A stretch of DNA of 43,230 nucleotides from an uncultured Candidatus Poseidoniales archaeon (GCA_964526445.1 CAZGIY010000003.1:1-43230); one strand, 5' to 3'; numbered from the stretch's first letter, positions 21,001-30,297 are shown. Notes: a model not told the origin generated them from the sequence alone. Translations and numbers: made by a program.

Positions 21001-24000
21001 ATGGGTGAAAATAGCCTCGAAATGAGTTACATTCAGATTCATGTGTGAAGAAGTCGGAACATCTAACCACCAAATCTCAGTTCCATTCCATGATGCACTG
21101 ACATTGATACGGCCAATCTCCACTGATGGAGAAAAATCAATCACCGAGGAGTTACCAAGTATCGTGGAAGTTACACCATTGAAAACATTCTGGTGAGATA
21201 TTTCGACACTGATGAACTCCTCAATATATACGAAAGATAGATTCTGTGAATTCATTCTATTGTCAGCCCGATCCTTGCACACGAACATCATGTACAACGT
21301 GTCTCCATTTGAGGCAGAAGAAGGAACAAGAGACGAGATATTGCCACTCCAATCATCATCAAGATCATTGAAAGCATATACAGTTGATGCAAGAGTCCAA
21401 CGCAAATCAGTTACAGTCGCTCCACCGCTATCTGTGCAGTTGTATTGTACTGTAGTATCAGGATAGATGTATCCACTATCATCATTCACCGACAAAGAAA
21501 TCGTTGGTGCTTGATGGTCAAAACTGAAATTCCATGTACTGGAAACACCTGGGTTGTTGAGATTGTCATAAGCAGTGCAATTGATTCGCGGGGTCGTGTT
21601 ATTCAATGTGACATTCCACATTGAAGGCTGCCACCATACATCAGCACTCAGATTCATCGACAAGTAATTTCCAGACCAATTGCAATCAACTCTTGAAAGG
21701 CCGGAACGGTTGTCAAACAAAGACGTCATACGTAAACGTGTATCCATCCCGACAAGTATCAATGAAGTTCCATTAAAAACATCACCTCCAGCACTGATGA
21801 AGAGTGGAGTTCCAGTCGGTCCATCGGCATCAATCATAACTTGCATGTTGTTCATTGTACAAGTCAAAGGCGAACAAGTCTTGGCGGATATCTGATATCT
21901 GCCAGAACTCAGATTGCTGATATCGATACTGCCATTATTAGATACGTTGAAATCATGATACGTATGATTATGTTCTGAACTGAATAGGGTAAATTGTACA
22001 GTGATGTTCACATGCCCATTACTGTTTAGACTATATCTCACAGTGGTATTGCTTTCATGATATTGCCCATGGGCATCACCTACCAGAACTACTTCTGATG
22101 AAGGAGAAAAACTCGTGAAATACAATCCTGACAGGTTGTACTGGCCAATATTCCCAAGAACATCCCTGCATTGATAGATCAAATTCAATGTCCCAGAAGG
22201 TAACAGATTCAAACTACTGAGCATTGGATTCAAACCTGCCAAAGAAAGATTTCCTTGTGTAGTGTTGGTTGCATTGGATTGGACCCAGTACAGATGGTAT
22301 CGTGAAGAAGCCAATGTATCACTGCAACTGAAACCGATGGTTGAATTGTGAGATATGACATCTCCACTTTGGTAAGAAACGGAGACATTTGGCTTCAATG
22401 CATCAATAGTTCCATTGAGAACACTATCGATACCATGATTTCCAAGGAGATCTACAATTCTGCATGTAATAGTGAAATTAGTTTCTGCATTGGGTTCAGA
22501 ATACAATGACAAAGAACTAGAGGAAAGGCGAACATAATCACCACTACCATTCTTGCACTCAACGAAATCATAACCTACTCCAGAAGAATCATCCCTAAGA
22601 TTGCTCACCGAGATGTAGGAACTGGAGGAGACAAATCTAGCACCATTTTGCATAACAGAATCACCGTTGATAAAAAGCGTTGGTATCGTCCCTACTGTTC
22701 CATCTACAGTATAGTTCCAACTACGATATACCGAACGCCCGAAAGCATCAGTGGTAGTGACATTTATCCACAGAGAACCATCAGTGAGATTGGTGAAAAC
22801 TTGCGAAACAGTGCTATTGTTCAAGCCATTGGCATATACTGTTCCATCATGCTGTACTATCGACCAATTCATGATTGCCGCAAGGTGCAGTCCACTGGGA
22901 GGAGTTAGGTGTATTGTAATGTTATTCGACGGTAGATACCCGTTCACATCAGAACCATTAATCGACAATATTGATTGCGGTAAAGTAGTATTAAGGTTCC
23001 ATTGATATGTGGATGATGTCCTGTGATTGTTCAATGAATCATATCCCTTGACAACTAGAGTGATTACACCATCATCCTTCACACCAAATACAGAGGTGGA
23101 ACTACCATTCCAACTTGCTTCAGAGAATGAGTCATTGACCCATACCGTACTGCTGCCATCACTCCATGTCCAAAACAACCTGCTGGTTCCAACGCCTTGA
23201 TTATCAGTAAGGTTCACATAAATGATTGAGTCTTCTGCAAGAGTCGAAAGGCCATTTGAAGAAACCGTAATGTTTGGAGCAAGGGCATCAATTGTACCAT
23301 TCTTCCACACTATTGGTCCTCGATTGCCGAATCTATCGATAATCCTGCAAGTAACACTGAATAATGTCTCTTGATTAGAAACGGAAAATATACTGAAATT
23401 ACCTGAGGATATCGATGCCCAAGTGCTGCTACCGTTTCTACATTCAACCGAATGATATCCCACGCCCCAGGGATCATCACTGAGGTTACTCAACCTTATT
23501 TCTGCGTCGGCAGAGACAAACAGATTCGGACTTCCCCCAACCGTTTCGCCAAACACCGTCAACACAGGCAACACCCCAACACTCCCATCGATCGTGAATT
23601 GCCAAGATTGTACGACTGTTCTTCCATAGACATCTCTAACGGTGACATTGACCCATAACGGGCCATCTGACATGTTGGTAAGCGATTGTGAAACACTAAC
23701 ATTACTACTACCATTTCCGTATACAGAGCCATTGGAACGTTCAATTGACCAATTTAGCACTGCACCAAGATGTGATCCACTAGGCGGACTGAGATGTATC
23801 GTGACATTGTTTGGAGGAAGATATCCATTCCACTGGTCCCCTGAAATCGAGATGGAGGCCAAGGGCAAAGTCGTGTTCAATTCCCATTGATATCCTTGAG
23901 ATTCGTTCAAATTATTCAGGGCATCGTATGCGTAGATTGCCAGTGACACTGTCCCATCACCCAAAGTTCCAAACACACTTGCAACAGTGCCATTCCAATA

Positions 24001-27000
24001 GGCACCTTGGAAGGTTACATTTCGGTAAGCTGTAGCAGAACCATTGTCCCAGATAAATCTGAGACTAGAGTTTGAAAGACCTTGATCGTCACTCAGGGAA
24101 ACATTCAGTATTGTATCTGCTGCGACTTTGGGGTTACCTTGTGGAGATACAGATATTTCTGGTTTCAGCAAATCGATGGTCCCATTAATTCTTGTTGTAT
24201 TTCCTCTATTACCCAATTCATCGACTATTCTACATGAAACATCAAAATCAGTCTCCTCATTAGCGACTCCGGATATTGCAAAGTATGTCGTAGTCACGCT
24301 GGTCCACGATGCATCATTCAATTCCATGCATTCAACATGTGAATATCCAACTCCCCACGCATCATCTCGTAAATTAGAAACCTTGATTGAAGTCCCTGCG
24401 GAAACAAACATAGTACCATTCAATGTCTCCTGAGAAGTCAAGGGTATCGATAGAGTAGGAGCGGTCCCCACGGAACCATCAATGGTGAGGTTCCAAGTCT
24501 GGTTGACCATTCTTCCAAATGCATCAGTAGTGGTGACATTAATCCATAGAGTGCCATCGCTCATATTACTCAATGATTGAGAAACCGTATTGTTGCTACT
24601 ACCATTGGCGTATACTACGCCGCTGGAACGCACTATGGACCAACTGATGTTCGCAGCAAGATGAGAGCCACTCGGAGGATTAATGTGAATCGTGACATTA
24701 TCTGAAGGAAGATAATCATTCCATACTGTGCCAGTGATTGACAACATAGCCAATGGCAGAGTGGTATTGAGAACCCATTGATGTCCCGAGGACTGCCTGA
24801 CATTACCGAATTCATCGTAGGCCAGAACTGTCAATGAGATGTCTCCGTCGCTGAGTGTTGCCCCAAATACACTGGTTGCGTTTCCTTCCCACAAACTACC
24901 GCCGAAAGATTCGTTTTGCCATTTCGTTGATGAGCCATCACTCCAAGTGAATCTAAGGATTGAAGTTCCGAAGCCACGATCACCCGATAACTGAACTTGT
25001 ATTGTGGAATTCACTGATATCTTGGGGTTCCCAGATGGAGAAACCGAAACTGCTGGTGCTGAAGCATCTATGGTTCCATTAATCCACACAGGGTCACCAA
25101 TATTCCCTAATAGGTCAACAATTCTACAAGAAACCTTGAATCCTGTCTCTTCGCCATGTGTTGCAGACAAAGCGAATGAAGTAGATGACACCCGAGTCCA
25201 ACCACTATCAGCAACTTCTTTGCATTCACTGTATGAGTATCCAACTCCTATTGCATCATCACTTAAATTACTTAGGCGCACGAATGCTGAAGCAGAAACA
25301 TAGAGTGTGCCATTGCTCAAATTTGTTGCACCGCTGATAGTGAGAACTGGGATGTTGCTCACATTACCATCGATAGTGAATTGCATGCTCTGATTAACAG
25401 AACGACCGAATGAATCGGTAACCGTAACATTGACCCATAATCTACCGTCAGTCAATCCAGTCAAAGTTCTTGAAACAGTCGAGTTGACCGCGGTGCCATT
25501 ATCATGAACCGATCCATCATCCCTCTCCATCGACCAAACCATGGTCACTGCACTATGCCAACCACTCGGTGGATTGATGTGGATAGTCGAACCTGAGGCA
25601 GGGAGGTATCCATTAACCTCCGTTCCAGACACCGAGATGGTTGCAACCGCAGCAGTAGTGTTCAACACCCATTGATGTCCGCTAGATTGCTTGAGGTTGC
25701 TCAAATTATCATATGCATACACAGTTAAGGAAATATCACCATCTCCAATGCTGCCAAAGAGGGAGTACGGCGTTCCGTTCCAACTGCTCCCTTGGAAAGT
25801 AAGATTCTTCCAAGATATGTCTGAGCCATTGTCCCAAGTAAATCTCAGAATTGAAGTTCCCATATCCTGTGTATCTGTGAGATTAACCCAGATGCTCGAA
25901 TTCAAGGCAACCTTGGGAGTTCCCACTGGCTCCACAATGACACTAGGAGCCAATGCATCGATGGTGCCATTGATCGAGGAAGCATCTCCTCTATTACCGA
26001 GTAAATCCACTATTCTGCAAGAGATGTTGAACTCGGTCTCTTGTCCTGCCACAGGACTCAATGCAAATGCGGATGCTGTAGCCCGGGTCCAACTCGAGTC
26101 AGATTCCTCTTTACATTCTGTGAATGAATACCCTACACCTTCAGGATCATCAGACAAGCTGCTCAAACTGATGTATGCTGTTGCGGATACAAATATTTCA
26201 CCACTGCTGTTGAAATGGCTTCCAGAAATGTTGATGATTGGAGTTGAAGAAACATTACCATCGATAGTGAATTGCATGCTCTGATTAACAGAACGACCGA
26301 ATGAATCGGTAACCGTAACATTGACCCATAATCTACCGTCAGTCAATCCAGTCAAAGTTCTTGAAACAGTCGAGTTGACCGCGGTGCCATTATCATGAAC
26401 CGATCCATCATCCCTCTCCATCGACCAAACCATGGTCACTGCACTATGCCAACCACTCGGTGGATTGATGTGGATAGTCGAACCTGAGGCAGGGAGGTAT
26501 CCATTAACCTCCGTTCCAGACACCGAGATGGTTGCAACCGCAGCAGTAGTGTTCAACACCCATTGATGTCCGCTAGATTGCTTGAGGTTGCTCAAATTAT
26601 CATATGCATACACAGTTAAGGAAATATCACCATCTCCAATGCTGCCAAAGAGGGAGTACGGCGTTCCGTTCCAACTGCTCCCTTGGAAAGTAAGATTCTT
26701 CCAAGATATGTCTGAGCCATTGTCCCAAGTAAATCTCAGAATTGAAGTTCCCATATCCTGTGTATCTGTGAGATTAACCCAGATGCTCGAATTCAAGGCA
26801 ACCTTGGGAGTTCCCACTGGCTCCACAATGACACTAGGAGCCAATGCATCGATGGTGCCATTGATCGAGGAAGCATCTCCTCTATTACCGAGTAAATCCA
26901 CTATTCTGCAAGAGATGTTGAACTCGGTCTCTTGTCCTGCCACAGGACTCAATGCAAATGCGGATGCTGTAGCCCGGGTCCAACTCGAGTCAGATTCCTC

Positions 27001-29529
27001 TTTACATTCTGTGAATGAATACCCTACACCTTCAGGATCATCAGACAAGCTGCTCAGTGAAACCACAGAACCGGCAGAAACGTATCTAGTGCCATTTTGA
27101 TTAATGAATTCAGTACCAGATATCGAAAGCACTGGTTTCTTTGAAACTGAATTGTCGATAGTGAAATTCCAACTCTGGAATATGGTTCGCCCTTGTGAAT
27201 CCGTAGTAGACACGTTGACCCAGAATGCTCCTTCGATGATATTTGCCAAAACTTGGGTTACCGTGCTAGAACTGGAGCCATTGTACACTACACTACCATT
27301 GTTCATCACCATGCTCCAGTTCAGAGTCGAAGTAGTTCCTGAGCCACTTGGGGGATTGATGTACATCGTAGCCCCACTTGAAAGAAGATAATTGTTCACT
27401 CTTGTTCCCGAAACAGACAAAGTAGAACCTGTTTGTGAGGTGTTCAACGTGAAACTATGACCTGAAGAGATATTTTCATTTCCAAGAACGTCGTTTGCAT
27501 ATACTATGAGGGTCAAATTTCCATCACTCAGCGAATTACTGAATATCGTATTGACACTTCCACTCCATGAAGAACCACTGAAATTCTTGTATCCCAAAAT
27601 GGTTGAAGTTTCATTGGACCACTCCCAGACAAGTCTGGAGGAGCCCGCTCCTTGACTATCAGTGAGTGAGACCGAAATCGTGCTTGAAGGCGCAATTGTT
27701 GGATTTCCTGATGGAGAAACTGAAACTTCAGGTGCTATAGCATCAATCGTCCCATTCTTCCAAATAATTTCACCTACATTCCCCAATAAATCAACAATTC
27801 GACAAGAGACATTGAACCACACCTCTTGTCCCGAAACCCCTTGTAAGGAAAATGTACTACTGGAAAGGGCAGTCCAATCACTGCTCGCATTGTCCCTGCA
27901 CTCGCAGTGTGAATCTCCTACTCCCCCTGGATCATCGTCCACATTGGTGATTAGCAGTGAAGCAGAAGCGTCGACAAACAATTTGCCATCCTTAATCACG
28001 CTATCTCCAGAAACACCAATTGTTGGTGTTGTACCTACCTCCGAGTCAATGGAATAATTCCAACTATGGCTACCTATTACGGAGCCATTTGTCCAGTTCA
28101 GGATTAACTCTACAGATTGACTGTGTGAAAGATTAATGCCCTCGCTTTTTGTTTGATTGAAATATATCGTCGAGTCCAGAGAACCATTGATATTGATATC
28201 CAATTCAGCAGAGAATCCTGTCGGGAGCCCAACCCACATCGACATTGAATCGTTTGAATATCCAGCGATTGAAGTAGAATTCAAGATGTAAGATATAGAT
28301 TCTGAAATGCTTGAGGTAGCAGCGACCCATATCGAGGAATAGTTACTGGTTCGAGACGCCAAATCGACAGAATGGATATGTAAACGCGATGATGTCAAAT
28401 TGAATGGAGATGGTATCGAAAATGATTGATTGGAAGGAATGAACCAAGATGAATAACTGCCATTACTCGATTCCCATCTCGCCAACAAAGAAGGAGAGGG
28501 ATCACACTGGTCTGAAACAGATACGGTGAAGTATTTGCCAGTGGAATTCCATGATGCATTGATTACAGGAGGTAATGAGTCGACAGTGATTCCTGTGATG
28601 TTTGAATAATTGTCTAATCCAACTCCATCAATCGCACGATAAGAAATGTCTCCGGAGAAATTCAACGTTGGGCTGTAGGGGTTTTGATGAGTATTCCATA
28701 CTGTTCCATTGTCGACTGAAACATACTCGGAAACGGGACCTGAAACATCGCTCATACTAGTCCACACGGACCAAGTAGGACTTACACATCCATGTGCTGG
28801 AACTGCAGAACTGAAAATATGACTGATTGACGGCAATACATCATCAACCGTGATATTGATGCTCCGAGAAATGATGTTTCCTGCAATATCCTCACACTCT
28901 ATGTTTCTGCTTACAACAACCCCCGCTGTCAAACCGGAAACTCCAAACAACAGGCTAGATGTTGTTGTCGAATCTACTTCTGTGGCGCCATTCATCACTC
29001 GAATCTCACTTAGATTACTGTTGGCGTCTGCGCAGGTAATGCTGATGCTGCCATTGCTTGCTGCTCTGAAATCATAACCGGAACTCTCTCCGCTATCCAC
29101 TGCATTGGCAAAAGGGGAGATAGACAATGTGGGTTTACTCTGGTCGAATAATATGGAAACTGTCCTATTATCCTCCATACCCCCAGTTCCATTTGCTCTA
29201 TATGACACATTGATGTATCCAGTCTGCGTATTTGGAGGTTGAAGATTGAGTGTTGTGCCATTTTGATATGTACCGGAGCCAGTCTTCAAACCTGTGTACC
29301 AATAGGTCCCATTACCGCTCGTTCCAGAACTGAAACTGATATTGAAATACAAATTCACTGAATCTTTGGTAGTTACCTTGGTGTTGTTGTCTTCTACCGC
29401 TGCTGCGCCTGAGAAGGTCAATTCAGTTTCGGGTTTTACTGATCTTCCGCCCGCAGCCTGAACCGCTTCTGTTGGCGCAAGTAAAAGTATACAAAGAAAT
29501 ACTGTCTTCAAGAATCCATTCCGGTTCAA
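15016..29529 (-). CDS. Giant (4837 aa) cell-surface glycoprotein/adhesin with tandem Ig-like beta-sandwich repeats, signal peptide and C-terminal TM anchor
   Basis: Signal peptide MNRNGFLKTVFLCILLLAPTEAVQA. Recurrent ~100-aa units ending D.LGN...D...P, very dense N-x-S/T sequons and paired Cys. C-terminal hydrophobic helix followed by KRKEKD. Confidence 0.9.
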   Translation of the reverse strand: MNRNGFLKTVFLCILLLAPTEAVQAAGGRSVKPETELTFSGAAAVEDNNTKVTTKDSVNLYFNISFSSGTSGNGTYWYTGLKTGSGTYQNGTTLNLQPPNTQTGYINVSYRANGTGGMEDNRTVSILFDQSKPTLSISPFANAVDSGESSGYDFRAASNGSISITCADANSNLSEIRVMNGATEVDSTTTSSLLFGVSGLTAGVVVSRNIECEDIAGNIISRSINITVDDVLPSISHIFSSAVPAHGCVSPTWSVWTSMSDVSGPVSEYVSVDNGTVWNTHQNPYSPTLNFSGDISYRAIDGVGLDNYSNITGITVDSLPPVINASWNSTGKYFTVSVSDQCDPSPSLLARWESSNGSYSSWFIPSNQSFSIPSPFNLTSSRLHIHSVDLASRTSNYSSIWVAATSSISESISYILNSTSIAGYSNDSMSMWVGLPTGFSAELDININGSLDSTIYFNQTKSEGINLSHSQSVELILNWTNGSVIGSHSWNYSIDSEVGTTPTIGVSGDSVIKDGKLFVDASASLLITNVDDDPGGVGDSHCECRDNASSDWTALSSSTFSLQGVSGQEVWFNVSCRIVDLLGNVGEIIWKNGTIDAIAPEVSVSPSGNPTIAPSSTISVSLTDSQGAGSSRLVWEWSNETSTILGYKNFSGSSWSGSVNTIFSNSLSDGNLTLIVYANDVLGNENISSGHSFTLNTSQTGSTLSVSGTRVNNYLLSSGATMYINPPSGSGTTSTLNWSMVMNNGSVVYNGSSSSTVTQVLANIIEGAFWVNVSTTDSQGRTIFQSWNFTIDNSVSKKPVLSISGTEFINQNGTRYVSAGSVVSLSSLSDDPEGVGYSFTECKEESDSSWTRATASAFALSPVAGQETEFNISCRIVDLLGNRGDASSINGTIDALAPSVIVEPVGTPKVALNSSIWVNLTDTQDMGTSILRFTWDNGSDISWKNLTFQGSSWNGTPYSLFGSIGDGDISLTVYAYDNLSNLKQSSGHQWVLNTTAAVATISVSGTEVNGYLPASGSTIHINPPSGWHSAVTMVWSMERDDGSVHDNGTAVNSTVSRTLTGLTDGRLWVNVTVTDSFGRSVNQSMQFTIDGNVSSTPIINISGSHFNSSGEIFVSATAYISLSSLSDDPEGVGYSFTECKEESDSSWTRATASAFALSPVAGQETEFNISCRIVDLLGNRGDASSINGTIDALAPSVIVEPVGTPKVALNSSIWVNLTDTQDMGTSILRFTWDNGSDISWKNLTFQGSSWNGTPYSLFGSIGDGDISLTVYAYDNLSNLKQSSGHQWVLNTTAAVATISVSGTEVNGYLPASGSTIHINPPSGWHSAVTMVWSMERDDGSVHDNGTAVNSTVSRTLTGLTDGRLWVNVTVTDSFGRSVNQSMQFTIDGNVSNIPVLTISGATNLSNGTLYVSASAFVRLSNLSDDAIGVGYSYSECKEVADSGWTRVSSTSFALSATHGEETGFKVSCRIVDLLGNIGDPVWINGTIDASAPAVSVSPSGNPKISVNSTIQVQLSGDRGFGTSILRFTWSDGSSTKWQNESFGGSLWEGNATSVFGATLSDGDISLTVLAYDEFGNVRQSSGHQWVLNTTLPLAMLSITGTVWNDYLPSDNVTIHINPPSGSHLAANISWSIVRSSGVVYANGSSNNTVSQSLSNMSDGTLWINVTTTDAFGRMVNQTWNLTIDGSVGTAPTLSIPLTSQETLNGTMFVSAGTSIKVSNLRDDAWGVGYSHVECMELNDASWTSVTTTYFAISGVANEETDFDVSCRIVDELGNRGNTTRINGTIDLLKPEISVSPQGNPKVAADTILNVSLSDDQGLSNSSLRFIWDNGSATAYRNVTFQGAYWNGTVASVFGTLGDGTVSLAIYAYDALNNLNESQGYQWELNTTLPLASISISGDQWNGYLPPNNVTIHLSPPSGSHLGAVLNWSIERSNGSVYGNGSSNVSVSQSLTNMSDGPLWVNVTVRDVYGRTVVQSWQFTIDGSVGVLPVLTVFGETVGGSPNLFVSADAEIRLSNLSDDPWGVGYHSVECRNGSSTWASISSGNFSIFSVSNQETLFSVTCRIIDRFGNRGPIVWKNGTIDALAPNITVSSNGLSTLAEDSIIYVNLTDNQGVGTSRLFWTWSDGSSTVWVNDSFSEASWNGSSTSVFGVKDDGVITLVVKGYDSLNNHRTSSTYQWNLNTTLPQSILSINGSDVNGYLPSNNITIHLTPPSGLHLAAIMNWSIVQHDGTVYANGLNNSTVSQVFTNLTDGSLWINVTTTDAFGRSVYRSWNYTVDGTVGTIPTLFINGDSVMQNGARFVSSSSYISVSNLRDDSSGVGYDFVECKNGSGDYVRLSSSSLSLYSEPNAETNFTITCRIVDLLGNHGIDSVLNGTIDALKPNVSVSYQSGDVISHNSTIGFSCSDTLASSRYHLYWVQSNATNTTQGNLSLAGLNPMLSSLNLLPSGTLNLIYQCRDVLGNIGQYNLSGLYFTSFSPSSEVVLVGDAHGQYHESNTTVRYSLNSNGHVNITVQFTLFSSEHNHTYHDFNVSNNGSIDISNLSSGRYQISAKTCSPLTCTMNNMQVMIDADGPTGTPLFISAGGDVFNGTSLILVGMDTRLRMTSLFDNRSGLSRVDCNWSGNYLSMNLSADVWWQPSMWNVTLNNTTPRINCTAYDNLNNPGVSSTWNFSFDHQAPTISLSVNDDSGYIYPDTTVQYNCTDSGGATVTDLRWTLASTVYAFNDLDDDWSGNISSLVPSSASNGDTLYMMFVCKDRADNRMNSQNLSFVYIEEFISVEISHQNVFNGVTSTILGNSSVIDFSPSVEIGRINVSASWNGTEIWWLDVPTSSHMNLNVTHFEAIFTHSSSPSSVLFTILHYSVETNLTSKTTVGPYTPWFDAPGIDNINRTMLANGSSALVTLDSNPCNWILVDFNIASQNGSLNLSDDTFTFSMPPGIVNNETLHISIRDCLGNDASQNRSIVRDVSPPSYVISGLVSSGTSSSNSLLLNLTDDSGFQYINFSILYQNSTILLCQNLTSCGFTLASKGNFTHGSQGDIIIDALSDSGEKLTANISFYVDDLVEGLHLDRDDSRYMYLDNVTNNSIISFRLSESAAILCVTLDNGSDYHTCNNNSNWINYATLHNLTGYHDIDVKAIDLHGNQAIYSYRYFYSSQWSQSRSSATDLHHNLSSNGYIDLIVDSPHNLPFTVSMKNMSVGNFTSNNSRVYIGSGSGLIIFETVVTDALERSTYVNVTVIIDLSSPQINLSWNGILTLGSETNLTLQVSEDLTVISSYSITISDGNVNCTQLYNLSTFSFNDNFTIGSLIGTPGCSIADESIQSLQISILAINIVGRSTLFTRNLSFVGEMVPPLLDLQFAVQVDDVVYVSIHSIISCNYSQHPLYSSMTVDVESDIGNAIENGGQISNISSHGVIICSGVDSLNNSDDSTFVIVHVHDDLLVEFEYLNNSFGANYSFSNYGKGNVLLNVTANQSVSHVNYSIDGGANVSSFEGEFILSGLSPGTRAIDVWAHSILGYSRNLSFYITIDSDIPQHSIIDHSLIEIDDATIMVQGSLPTTLVEVNAFDPTCNNTDIEVYFNGALGTRAITHWTWVLSSSITAVNVTVVDCVGSFNTTHYSVEKRYDVFVPNVAVFSPTIVYGTTVYIGKDYVEMTVSINDPQMPISLDCNYTTSGATITCDLVPGVMNEWSINVSTNLSSSLTFANFSMKFTDGVNLHRWVNRTVLWDVDAPVCTIEGEQGIGNTWILDDSTVVNVSCTDTMSNIESLVMVPSSGQPIEENGIEAADFDLSTSSVWTFFANDSFGNSYQKNLTIFMDISQPVINCSANGIGFNHSLIVLQNVNINCIISDESSFHTNWTIELEGASSPCNGCIRAFLNNSVININNPNPMVDGTVFNVSIISTDAFGNPNERLFKVLIDRLVPTIVSSSVSGALGSSLDTGIIDHDGSFAIIITDINGINHASVTLECEGSNPLSNVGLSGNNITHQLNMTYVQNCNSEYVNITVSATDVALNTRIINEVLFIDNEIPSIILNAGTCRWSDEEVIHYLTSLCQLSLTTSDDSIARSQLVNIEGWINNVSVGEYEDLMTIPLAEYEGAGVFDVRVSAKDATGKVAVLLFSIIISDTLDVSFSDDTCNSVSNTCDYFNSRLLMTQHGVIGFENIDTQDQTPLDSTFDFRVCEKEHCSSMEWEPWQMGFSALDTADWDGFGSQLSDGIKRIEVLQYDELGRSVRKMFVLELDFHDPVIHIEVDASKGYVSDYEFVRCVENCKIVFSIEEESLEEIRYRFGDDSDWSFLVNESGQNYVISLSEEGDEYNSLTIEVTSTSGRKLVHRINLTVSDTLMVREIVVMNPAGNSCDLGSEYDSGINSDIVCFYRREDTDSSNRINLSIIWPHENDIERTFIIGHVVGDDIDAMVTNNKQEFSLNELSKGGVEFSVSVWEQVGVNSNNAWINHSFSIEDPYGPSIIFKISLFDVNMFSVSGEWSWTEMSIAETGELNFNGQVNISLDISDDSILSLEPEGVLEAQEMSLRDSECSLIGERWNVESNRFDKFTVKWECGFGKFGESPYWQVSRNANSNTISLRIESLKLTDEEGVLILTENWDWDSGRIGLPFFLLKNVDFLIRYTDEYGYSHDMIFREVGNQIDIIRTPSSIPDLSPACTEVIDVIDNSEFNYVEDTLENYGPAYCLSNLLDFDYALQVGLRFSLIPFVGSDPVIINMMCQNGNNLPKELNDWIRRTGEGKLEDCHEMGSENLSKLNLEKRYAAIEVTAISCDIRCMHGDGDIEEVPTGVFLIRDEDNTIRDPEVMIEVVYFFGAGAAGIIIWQFWPVISQWLITAGLLKRKEKD
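25361..27056. repeat. Direct repeat: 805 bp at 25361-26165 and 26252-27056 (period 891 bp = 297 aa)
   Basis: Both copies start acattaccatcgatagtgaattgcatgctc and end cagacaagctgctca. Sense and antisense translations are identical over the repeat. Confidence 0.95.
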
Positions 29530-30189
29530 TCATCTACCCCCTAGAATTTCTCCAAAATGATTCAAGTTGGGTAACAAAGCCATAAGCAATGATAACAACC
29601 CTGGCGCAAGAAATGTCAGATCAATATTGTTCCTCAAACAGAAATGGTCATAGAATACGAATCGCGCGTTGACAAGCGCAAGAACTAAAGCAATTTGAGA
29701 AAGAATGCTATCGACCACTGGTACCGAACCCATTGCAATCAGAATGATGACTGCATAACCCATACTTGCACTAATCGCATCACCAATGCTGTGTTCAAGA
29801 AACAAAGTTGAGACTGGGTCCACCAATAGCGCTACTGAAATAACTAGGAGAATTGAACCCGTCAACGAGAATTGGTGACTAAACAACGCCCAGATGCTGA
29901 ACAATACCAACAATCCAAACAATGCTGGCCCAATGAGAATAAACGGTGTCAGTAACTTGTCGCCGACAGCGGCCCTTATCTTCTTGACTCCATTGGTAGA
30001 TACCAAACGGCGTGAATATTCTGAATTTTCACTCCGAAAGAATACATACCTAACCAACAATTCCTGCATGATTAGACTTGATGCCAATAATAGAAGGATA
30101 TTTTCTCCATTAAAGATATAATAGAATAGCCCTATGACAAAAACTGGTGAAATAATGCAAATCACCTTTCTCTGAATCATCGGACCCAC
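29530..30189 (-). CDS. Multi-pass membrane protein (219 aa), first gene of the cluster
   Basis: About 6-7 hydrophobic segments. The stop directly abuts the TTG start of the giant surface protein. AT-rich TATA-like element at 30211-30220. Confidence 0.8.
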   Translation of the reverse strand: MGPMIQRKVICIISPVFVIGLFYYIFNGENILLLLASSLIMQELLVRYVFFRSENSEYSRRLVSTNGVKKIRAAVGDKLLTPFILIGPALFGLLVLFSIWALFSHQFSLTGSILLVISVALLVDPVSTLFLEHSIGDAISASMGYAVIILIAMGSVPVVDSILSQIALVLALVNARFVFYDHFCLRNNIDLTFLAPGLLSLLMALLPNLNHFGEILGGR

Positions 30190-30297
30190 TAATTCCAGCC
30201 ATTAATCGCATATTATTTTATTGAGGCATTATTCATGCATCAAAAGTAGAATCCAGCATGAAGTCAGATTGAAATGTGATGCCTTGAAGCCAAGACC

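Noticed and set aside
25691-27100. Two near-identical plus-strand ORFs (197 aa and 172 aa)
   Set aside because: Antisense shadows of the duplicated segment in the giant surface gene.
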